From contig JBHGNT010000003.1 in the NCBI GenBank assembly GCA_043228905.1, positions 11,780,001 through 11,844,000 of the forward strand: a DNA stretch of 64,000 nt, in the 5' to 3' direction. This document shows, piece after piece, positions 27,310-38,100 of the stretch. Under the pieces are notes generated by a model. The model searched no databases, was not told the origin of the DNA, and was given only the letters and a program-made list of their open reading frames with translations. The DNA comes from Azolla caroliniana. Lineage: Eukaryota; Plantae; Polypodiophyta. Positions within the stretch are counted from its first letter, which is position 1. Each line of letters begins with the position of its first letter. Made by a program: the position numbers and the translations under genes.

Positions 27310-28888
27310 ATTGCACACTGTTTACTTAACGTGCACTTCAATATATGAGACCCTCTGAATTGCCTTCTTCTGCATTTACATCGAAATTATCCCCAACATT
27401 TAAGACATCACTCAGAGTATCTCCATGTCCTTGATATGTGAAGTCAACATTCTTTTATGTTTCTCCATCAACTGCTTCCTTATCGTTCAATGTATGATGC
27501 TCCCAATTCTGAATATATGCTTTATTTAAACAATACCTCCAATTTCCCTGCACACAATGGAAGCAAAAACAAATTAATTCTCTAACTGCAATACAATGAC
27601 CATCCAACCTAGAATAACCACGAATAGCATGGAGAGATCAAAATTCGGGAATTCCTTGGCACTCCCAAGTCTTCTCCCTATTTGCTTCATCTATCTTCAC
27701 TTCCCAAAATTCACATTTGATATCTCGGACCTGCGAAGAATAAACACCAGTTGCAGTCGTTGACATATTAGCTCTTAAAATATCAACTACATGTGCTGCA
27801 CAATTCATCTGCACACCATCTACCTTTAGTTGTTCATGGGTAAGTGCCCGCTTTATAACAACACCTGCACCATCATGTTCACCTTTATCATGGCCAGACC
27901 CCAAAAAAATCCATCTCATCTCCAAACCTGTTATAGCAGGATACGTCCCCACAAAATAAAATGGGTGTCTAGCCTTGAATTGTGACGCAGCTCCATCAAC
28001 CCAGACCCAATGTTGAGTAAGCTCCAAACGTTTAGCTAATAACCATTGCCAATGTAAGTTAAAACAATGTTGGACGAACAATGTATCATGCTTCTTATCA
28101 TCAGAAATAACAAAATGAATTACTTTTTTAACATCACCTGAAACTCGAAAATATGTTATGTGCACAAAAATGGTTACCTACGCTGAACACCAATGCATAG
28201 ATTGAATTTCATTCTATTGCTTGAAAGTATAATTCTCAGCGAAATCTACTACTGAGACTATTGCATCATTTGGAAAATCAGATATGCAAGTCTTAAACTG
28301 ATGGGTTTGCCATGAATAAATGAAGTTGTGTTTAATGAACTTTCCTAGAGATACTACAAATAGAGACGCCAAATCCCTTGGTTTAAGCGACTTCCTAACT
28401 AGATCCTTTCTTTTACACACATTTCCTTCGAAATTGGTGTTAACTGACTCGAATAACTTGACAGAGATTAATATTTTACTAGTCAATTCATTTCGACACC
28501 ACCTAAATCTACTAGGGCCACAATCTTGACATAAACCTATGATACATTTATGATTGTGGAAGATGACCTCAGTTTCTCTCGGACACAATACTGAATCTAA
28601 AAGACAACTTATCGAAGAGATAACATGCTTAGATGCTTTACAATGCTCTTGCGGGCTCGATCGACAAATTGGGCACTCACAAGTGCAAATTGCATTAGTT
28701 AGGGAGGCACTATGGTGACGCAGTAGATTAACAGAGTCCTTCAGGAAACACATTTGTACATGGTAAATGCAACAACATGTGTATCGATCCTTCAAGCGTC
28801 TCACAAAGTGTGGCTTAAGAGATTCGAATGTTCGTAGTTGAACTTTGATATTTGGATGCATTTGCCTGAACCTAATAAATAAATCGAC

Positions 28889-29456
28889 CTGCGTAATAAA
28901 ATGGACATACTCATTAGTTGATTAACTATGCTCCAAACCTGTTATAGCAACTAATAAGCTATTTTGGTAGCTAATTAGCTATCATAGTAGCTAATTAGCT
29001 GGTAATAACTAAATTAGCTATTGGGAATAGCTAGTTAGCTAATCTGGTTGCTAATTAGTTTCATGGTAGTTAAATAGTTGGTAATAACTAATTAGCTTTT
29101 GGGAATAGTTAGTTAGCTATGATTGGTAGCTAATTAGCTATTATGGTAGCTAAATAGCTATGTTCGATATTCTTAGCTAATTCACTATTTTGGTAGTGAA
29201 TTAGCTGGTAATAGCTAAATTAGCTATTGGCAATCGCTATTAAGCTATTACTAGTAGCTAGTTAGCTATAGTCATATTCTGAGGGAGCTAATTAGCTATT
29301 ATGGTAGCTAATTAACTATTACTTGTAGCTAGTTAGCTATGGTCTTAATCTAAGGTAGGTAATTAGCCATTCTGGTATGGTCATATTCGGAGGTAGCTAA
29401 TAAGCTAACTAACTAAGCTCAAAAGTCAAAACAAATGTTGAGATAAATGTAAATAC
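28889..29456 (-). other. GT-AG intron of the transposase, filled with TAGCTAATTAGCT satellite
   Basis: Donor GTATTT at 29456 and acceptor ACGCAG at 28889 join HPIHLLDVP(Q>*) to VDLFIRFRQMHP in frame. Confidence 0.8.
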
Positions 29457-30756
29457 CTAAGGTACATCAAGAAGATGAATGGGATGGTCCTCGTATTGAC
29501 CCCTTCTAATATGTTTCCTGCATAAATCCTTCTTATTGGGTGAAACCCTACTCTCATTAGTCCAAAATATTGTGATTATATCCTTGATTTCTGATGTTAT
29601 GGGTGTCATTGGCTTACATCTTGTTGTTAGCTTTAGCAGACTAGTTCCTTCACTCGAGGAAACTATCTGATTCAATGTATTGTACACACTTTTTCTACTC
29701 ACACCAATTACCTTAGATAGCACACTGATGTTAATATCGTCAACATCACTATTAAGTAACATCATTAGACTAGACCTTTTTAAGACAAGATCACCTTCTA
29801 ACCTACTCATGGGTACGAAACTCTTACGGAGATTATTTACTAGTACAGATGTTACGTTTGCATTAAGACCATCACAATCACCTAATTCCTTTATCGATGG
29901 ATCATTTAATATTCCATAAAGTACTACCTACTTGTCTTCATTGCTGATGTGCTTGGTTTGAACATTGAAATAGTCTACAACCTATCTCTCTATGATAGTA
30001 GTCTCATTACTTCTATTCTCAGTGATATTTAGACATATATCGCAACCAATACTATCTTTACCTTTAGTGAGTGTGGCTTTCGTATCCTTCAACAATTGAC
30101 GATGTTTTCTTTTTTTTTTCTACCCAATACTTTCGTATCGCTTGTTGTGTCCTGATAACGTCATCCCTATCCTGACCCTCCTTCCCCTTCCATTTGGCTT
30201 TACGGGTTTAAACCCTAATTTTCCCGAAAAGAAAACATGTATTAAAGATGGTTATGGGCAACAACAATACACAAAAATAATCCGCAATACACAATATTAT
30301 ACACAAGATAATCAATAGACAATAGTTATTGAAATCCAAGACCGAACAATCGCGGTAATCTAGGGCCAAATAGTGGCTGCAACTGAGTGTAGAATGGCAG
30401 GAGTGGAGGAGTGAACTCTTTTTGATCCAATAGTAGAATGATGGCAATGGAGGAGTGAATTCCGTTAGATCGAACAATGGCAAATGCTGCTTGGAACGCA
30501 CAGTGATGGCAACTAAGAGTACAATGGTGGCAGTGGAGAAGGAGTGAACTCCCTCAGATCGAAAAGTGGCAGCAATACATGACCGAATAGTAGCGGCAAC
30601 TAAGTGTAGAATGACGGCAATGGATGAGTGAAATCCTTCAAATCGAAAAGTGGTGTGACGGATGAACAATTGGAGATAAAGAGATGGGGAAGTTAATGAG
30701 AAAGGGAGAGCAAGAAGTTGATGGCAATGAGTAAAAGTATTTATTCAATGACTGGT

Positions 30757-30792
30757 GTTGATCTCCTTGATGTTAACAAGGGAAATCAACCC
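30757..30792 (-). repeat. Candidate terminus (imperfect hairpin) of the Sola2-like element
   Basis: GTTGATCTCCTTG..CAAGGGAAATCAAC; minus strand would begin GGG, compatible with the GRG termini described for Sola2; no partner TIR seen. Confidence 0.35.
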
Positions 30793-30808
30793 TTTTTATA
30801 CATGTAAC

Positions 30809-33800
30809 TGTAGAGAATCGCGGAATATTGCTCGGCCACAACCGAGTCTTGAACACAGAAATGGGAATAAATAAAAAAGAGTACACAGCAATGACACAAG
30901 ATGTTTACGTGGAAAACCCTAATAGGGAAAAACGACGGGAGCCCACAAACTCCAAACTATCACTATGAAGAGAGGAAATACAAAGTGGAGGCACAGAGGC
31001 AACGACCTCGTGCTCGCAATCTTTGCCTGGTGGCGGTTACAACAGAGAGTGCTCGTAGCTACTCTCATGCTCTCCCTTACTCTCCCTCACTCTTTGTATA
31101 GTAGTTATACACATACAACAATATAACTATCTACAAAGTGACTTCCCTAAGTCATATTTATACTTACATGAACTTACGGCTATTTACAAATATAGCCTCA
31201 ATAGGCTTACTCAAAACATATTTACAGATATGTCTTCTCTCTTCCGATTCTCACAGGGTCTCCTCCGGTTTCCGGTTCTCACCAGGTCCTCTATATTCAT
31301 CACTGGATCCCATTCGGAGACACCAATTTCCCAACAATCTCCCCCTTCACTCCGGCATGGAATATCTTGTCAGCCTGATCCGCTTTCGACATGCGTCCAG
31401 CTTGTCGGTTGTCAGGACCTTGGTTAGCATGTTCGGCCCGTTCTCCTCCGTGTGGATCTTCGTCAGCACAAACTCTTGATCTTCTACTCTCTCCCGGATC
31501 CAGTGGTACCTCCGCTGGATATGTTTCATCCAGGAATGGTAGGTTGCGTTCTTTGCAAAGTGGATGGCACTTTGACTATCGCAGTAGAGCTAGTATTCCT
31601 CCTGCTGGATCCCTAGCTCTCTGATGAAGTCCTTCATCCAGATTATCTCCTTGCCGACTTCTACAGCTACCATGTACTCCGCCTCTGTGGTTGACAACGC
31701 AACCGTCTTCTGCAACCTTGACTGCCAAGAAACAACTCCCCCTGCATAGGTCATGACATATCTAGATGTAGACCGGCTAGTATCCGCATCAGCCGACATA
31801 TCCGAATCTGTGAATCCGTCAAGTTGGGGATTACCGGAGCCGAACTAGAGGCACATACTCGTGGTGCCCTTCAAATACCGGAGTATCCACTTGACCATGT
31901 TCCAGTGCTCTCTTCCAGGATTGCTCATGAACTGGCTTACCACTCCGACTGCATATCTGATATCCGGTCGAGTACATACCATCTCATACAACAAGCTTCT
32001 GACGGTAGAGGCATATGGATCTTCATCATATCCGTCTTCTCCTCCTTTGTCCTCGGGCTTTTTTCCGGATAGCTTGCAGTTTGCCGAAAGTGTCGATCCG
32101 ACCGGTTTCACGTCTGACATGTTGAACTGTTGAAGCACCTTTGTCACGTACTTCTCCTGGGACAACCATAACAACCTCTTCGACTGGTCCCGGATGATGT
32201 GCATTCCCAATATCTGTCTTGCCAAACCCAAGTCTTTCATTGAGAAGGTCCGGTTCAGAGCCTTCTTCAACATCCGGATCTTGCCTTGGTCTCATCTGAC
32301 GATCAACATATCATTGACATATAGGAGGAGTATCAAGAAGTCTCCTCCGTCAAATTTCTTCACAAACACGCAATGATCGGCTTGCGTCTTGTGGTACGCT
32401 TGGTCAGTCATGAAGGAGTTGAGCTTCCGGTACCATTGCCGGGGAGCTTGCTTCAGTCCGTATAGGCTCTTCTTCAGCCAGCACACCAGGTGCTCCTTCC
32501 CTTTCTTCTCAAATCCTTCTGGTTGATGCATGTAGATCTCCTCTTCGAGGTCACCATGGAGGATTTTCGTCTTCACGTCCAGTTGCTCTACCTCGAGGTC
32601 CATGCTTGCCGCTATGCCTAATACCGTCCGGATGGATGTCATCTTTACTACCAGGGCAAAGATCTCATCAAAGTCCACTCCTTTCTTCTGCTGGAAGCCC
32701 TTCACCACGATTCGGGCCTTATACCTGGGTGGATTTCCGGCCTCTCCCGGTTTCAACTTGTACACCCACTTGTTCTAGAGTGCTCTCTTCCCTTTCAGGA
32801 ACTCTGTCAGTTCAGATATGTGGTTCTCATGCAGGGAATCCATCTCATCCTGCATGGCACTCAACCACTTGCAGCTCTGGGTGTCTCTCTTTGCTTCTTC
32901 GAAGCTTTCAAGCTCCCCCTCATCGGTTAGCAACACATGCTCTGCATCCGGAAATCTCTGAGGGGCTCTTCTCTCTTGGAGAGGATATCTCCGTCCTTGG
33001 TTTCCGACTACCGGTTCCTCCGTTTGTTCCTCATCCGAGTCCGATTCGGGATCTTGTCCAGTTCCGGTGTCTTCTTCTTCTTTGTCTCATCGGTGGTCTT
33101 GACTGGAAGGAGGTGCGGTTTTGCTTGCCGGGCAAGCAATCGATTCACTTCTCAAGTTGCACGTCCTTCACCGGAATGAGGTTGTCTTCGGCAAGCCTCT
33201 TCATCCCCTTCTCACTCACGTGACACAGTCTTTTGTGCCACAACTCATCGCTAGTGTCGGATGCTACGTTCATTTCTTCCCGGCATATCCAGGCATTCAT
33301 CAAGTACAGTGTGTTGATCTTCCAAGCTCGAGCCAATATTAGACTCCCTTTGCTGAACTTCATGACTCCGTTCCGGATGCTACCTGTGTAGCCTTCATCA
33401 TCTAGCCGATCGGTTGATATCAGGTTCAGTCAAACCTCTAGAACATGTCAGACATCCTTCAGCACCAACTTGCATCTAGTTGATGTCATCAACAACACAT
33501 CTCCTATGCCGATAATTCAGGATGTGCCTCCATTCCCCATCCGGACACAACCATGATCGCCAGCTGTGTAGGATTAGAAGTATTTCCGATCCGGTGTCAG
33601 GTGGAACGATGCTCCAGAATCAACAAACCACGTTTTCTCATCGCCGACAAAGGTTTAACTCATTCTCTTCGGTAATGAGCATCAATTCTTCTTCACTTGT
33701 CACGATCGCCGACATTCCCTTCCGATCCGGTCCTCTTCGGTCCGAACTCTTCTTCGAATCGGTAGTGCCAGTTTCCTTCTCTTTCCGGAAATGTCGGCAG

Positions 33801-35142
33801 TTTTTCTGGAAATGTTTTGGCTTCCTGCAATTGAAGCACGTGGGCCTCCTCCTTGACTTTGACCTCATCCCCGATTTGTCCCGGTTTTGGGGACTCCGAT
33901 ACCGGCCCCTTGCCCGGTTGTGGTCATCTTTCGTGACCAAGGCTTTCGGATCGGTCCCGGACTCCCGGTCCTTCCGGCGAGCTTCTTCATCTAGCAAGCT
34001 TGATTTTACCCTTGCTAGGGACAACTGTTTTCCTTCCGGCCCGGCGTTGCCCAATGTGACAACTAACATCTCCCAACTATCCGGGAGGGAACCGAGCAGG
34101 AGCAATGCGAGTACCTCATCGGCAAGAGGTACTTCCAACGAGGTTGCTTGGTGTATCAGCCCCTGGAAGGCATTCATGTGCTCCGCCATATTCGAGTCAT
34201 CCTGGTACCGGAGCCTCACTAGCTTCCGGAATACCGAAACCTGATTAACGACATTCTTGTTTTGGAACATGATGTCGATCTTCTCCTAGAGTTCATGAGC
34301 CTTGCTCTCTTCATTGAAGTTGTTGTACAGACTCATGTTGATGAAGCACCGAATGTATGATGTCGTCTTCATGTGCATCACCTCCCACACCGTGGCATCA
34401 ATCTTGTCCGGTCTCTTGTCCTTGAACTAAACCGGCAACCAAAGATCTTTAACCACCAGCATATCCCTCATCTTCGACTTCCACACTGAGTAGTTGGAGC
34501 CGGTGAGCTTGAACATGCCGCCGAACGATTCTTCCATTTCTTGTGTTGTATGCTCTGATACCAATTTGTAGAGAATCGCGGAATATTGCTCGGTCACAAC
34601 CGATTCTTGAACACAGAAATGGGAATAAAAATAAATAAATAAATAAAAGAGAGTACATAGCAATGACACAAGATGTTTACGTGGAAAACCCTAATAGGGA
34701 AAAACCACGGGAGCCCATAGACTCCGAACTATCTCTATGAAGAGAGGAAATACAAAGTGGAGGCACAGAGGCAACGACCTCGTGCTTGCAATCTTCGCCA
34801 GGCGGCGGTTACAACAGAGAGTGCTTGTAGCTACTCTCATGCTCTCCCTTACTCTCTCTCTCTCTCTCTCTCTCTGTGTACAGTAGTTATACACATACAA
34901 CAAGATAACTATCTACAAAGTGATTGCCCTAAGTCATATTTATACTTATATGAACTTAGGGCTATTTACAAATATAGCCGGCTCAATAGGCTTACTCAAA
35001 ACATATTTACAGATATGTCTTCTCTCTTCCAGTTCTCACTGGCTCTTTTTCGGTTCTCACCGGGTCTCCTTCGGTTTCCGGTTCTCGCCGGGTCCTCTAT
35101 ATTCATCATTGAATCCCATCCGAAGAGACCGATTTCCCAACA
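30809..35142 (-). mobile_element. Copia E, internally deleted (integrase core lost)
   Basis: LTRs 30809-31336 and 34567-35142, iMet PBS (plus GCTCTGATACCA ~34552-34563), PPT after 31336, gag 33638-34540, RT/RH 31347-32900; degenerate TSD GTAAC/GTAGT. Confidence 0.93.
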
Positions 35143-38100
35143 GTAGTGATGCATGATGAGCATGCTAATGACAATTCTTACATACTATAATATCAAGCAT
35201 ACTAATTCTTGCATGCCAAGTCTTATATATTGAGTCTTACATAATGGGTCTTACATATTGAGTCTTACATACCACTCTTTATACAAAGCTTTGAAGTCTA
35301 AATTTTGTCTAGGAGAAATATATATATACAAGGGCCTAAGGTTCATATTCGAGTTGATGTTCATGACATTATCCTCCCCTTAAGTGCCGACTTCAAGAAC
35401 GTGTGGGATTGTAAGGATATCGGAGATGAAAATCATGAACCACTTTCGAGGCATTTAGTAAATTTCTAGCGGGTTCCCATGTAGCCTCATGGGATATCCT
35501 TTCCATAATACAAGATACTAGAGCTTTTGTTGGCTCTTCCGCGAGTCCACAATGGTCTCGACTTCATACTCATCCCTGGTCGCCAAAGCAATAGGGGGAG
35601 GTGGTTCAGTGCTTCTTCCTGGAATTGAGGATGGATGGTAGAGCTCAAGAAGTGATGCATGGAAGACATTGTGAATTCAGTAGTGTGATGGAAGAGCAAG
35701 ACGGAAAGCCACAAGGTTGACTTTATCAATGATGCAGAATGGACCCAACTTTTTGTAATCAAGTTTGTTGCATGGGCGAGTTGTCAAAATATGCTGACAT
35801 AATAGCCAGACCATGTCACCGACTTGAAAACCAGGCGCAACCCGTCGATGTTGATCAACCTTCTCTTTGTGTCGTTCCTGAGAAATGGAGAGTTCTAGGG
35901 ATAAGTCATGATGCACTTCTTTTATCAAACGATCTCGTTCTTCGGCAGATAGATTCACAGAACCAACAGGGATAGCTATGCTAAAGCGTGGGTGGAACCC
36001 ATAATTTGTGACCAAGGGTGTTACGCTAGTTGATGTGTGGAGAGTATTATTGTAGATGAACTCAACCATTGGATGAAATTTGATCCAATCATCTTGTTGA
36101 TAACTTATCACACATCGGAGATATTGCTCTAGGATCTGATTTACTCGTTCCGTTTGGTCGTCTATCTCTGGATGGAAGGCTGTCGAAAATTTTGTGGAAG
36201 TTCCAAGAGTCTGGAAGAGGCACTTCTAGAAATGAGACATAAATTGGGGACCACGATCAGAGATAATGTCATCTAGTAAACCATGAAGGCGCACAATATT
36301 TGTTAACAATAGTTTTGTTGTTAACAATATGGAAAAGATTATGTGTGGAAGCAATAGAAAACCAAACACACAGAGAATACGGAGGTTTAATGGAGAGCTT
36401 GAGTATACACAGTACGCGGGAGAGATAGAGAGAGAGAACACACGAAAACCACAATTCAAAAATACTAACTCTCTATACATACACCGTGCTCAGTGAGCAC
36501 CTTTTATACAAGCCCTAACAATCGGGCTGACACAAGTACTGACAGTACTTGACTGCTCATAAATGAGCCTCGACACTTACTCCCAAAACTATTCCTTACG
36601 AGGAATATCTCTCTAACGGCCTTTCGGATTACGCACCGATACGGCCTCTCATTACCCACCGGTTTGCATATCCGTTTTACGCACCGGTCCGGCCTCTCGT
36701 TACCCACCGGTTTGCGGCCTCTCGTTACGCACCGGTTAGCGTATCCATTTTACGCACTGGTCCGGCCTAACCGATACGGCCGATGTTGAGCTTGTCTCTC
36801 AACACTCCCCCTCAAGCTCAACTTGAGGCTCTTCCGGATCTTCCGGATCACCGCTCTGGTTCCTCCTGGCTCCACGCCTCGCTCGCGCTCCTCGACCTGT
36901 TCGACTCCGCACGCTTCGACCCTTCCGGTCGGCTTGTCTGTTCCCCCGGCCCTTCATAGCTCCCTTGTTGTCGCGGTGTTGGCGCTTCTCTTGCTGCCTT
37001 ATTTTCAGCTTGGCCCTCGGTTGATTTAGTGTATTTGAATCAAACATCCGAACCGACTCGGCTACCTCCAATCGGTTTTCAGTCTCGTCTGAGTTGGTTG
37101 TCTCCAACTCGTCTTCGGTCTTCTCGCCCTTCATAGCGTCATCTGCCCCATGCTTGATTGACTTCGGCTCTTCCTTTCGGCTGCTCCCCTTATGTCCGCT
37201 TCCGGAATCTTCCGCGAGTCCGCCTTCGGCTTCTTCAGCCGATCCGAAATCGAATCCGTCATCCGACATGGCGTCACGGGCTTCTCTCCCCCTTCCGTGG
37301 TCATTCCACACATCTCTCCCCCTCAAGTTCGGCATGTCGAGGTGACGCAACCCAAGCGCACCCGAGAATTGCAGCAACTTGTCCAGATCAAGAGGCTTGG
37401 TGAAGATATCGACGGTCTGCCGATCTGTCGGAACATCCCGAAGTTCGACGTCACCGGAGAGAACACGCTCACGGAAGAAATGGTAGTGCACCTCAATGTG
37501 CTTAGTCCGGACGTGGAAAGAAGGGTTTTTCACGAGCTGGATGTTGCTGAGGTTGTCGTAGTAGATCGTCGTTGGATCGGACACCTCCTCTTGCAGATCC
37601 TTAAGTAGCCGCTTCAACCATATGGCTTCGCATGTTGTGACAGCCGCTCCTCGGTGCTCAGCTTCGGTGCTCGATAGTGCAACTATCGGCTGCTTCTTAC
37701 TGCTCCATGCTATCGCTGCACTCCCAAGAGAGAATGCGTATCCGGACGTGGATCGACGATCGACGGTGTTGCCAACCCAATTAGCATCGGTGTAGTTGAA
37801 CAACTGTGAGGCTGTACCGGTCCGATATAGCAGTCCTAGGTCCTTAGTGCCGCTTACGTACCGCAGTACGTGTTGCGCACATTGAAGGTGCTCCTCGGTA
37901 GGTCGCGCCATGAGCTGACTGATCACCTCGACCGGATAACTGAGATCGGATCGGGTGATTGTCAAGTAGATAAGGCTTCCGACAATTTGTCGGAACCTCG
38001 TCGGGTCGCATACCTTTCCGGAATTGGGGCAACGTTTCACGGTTCTATACAGAGGAGTTGAGACGAACTTAGAGTCTGCCATCCCGAATTTGAAGAGCAT

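Larger units (their letters stand above)
26949..30180 (-). pseudogene. Sola2-like DDD transposase with one intron
   Basis: FWTNESRVSPNKKD; FRQMHPNIK..FESLKP..CCCIYH; catalytic-like DFAENY, WVDGAASQFK, GSGHDKGEHDGAG..IKR; C-terminal CFC..C. Confidence 0.8.

Noticed and set aside
30208-30669. 153-aa ORF upstream of the transposase
   Set aside because: Derived from degenerate tandem repeats; no evidence of coding.
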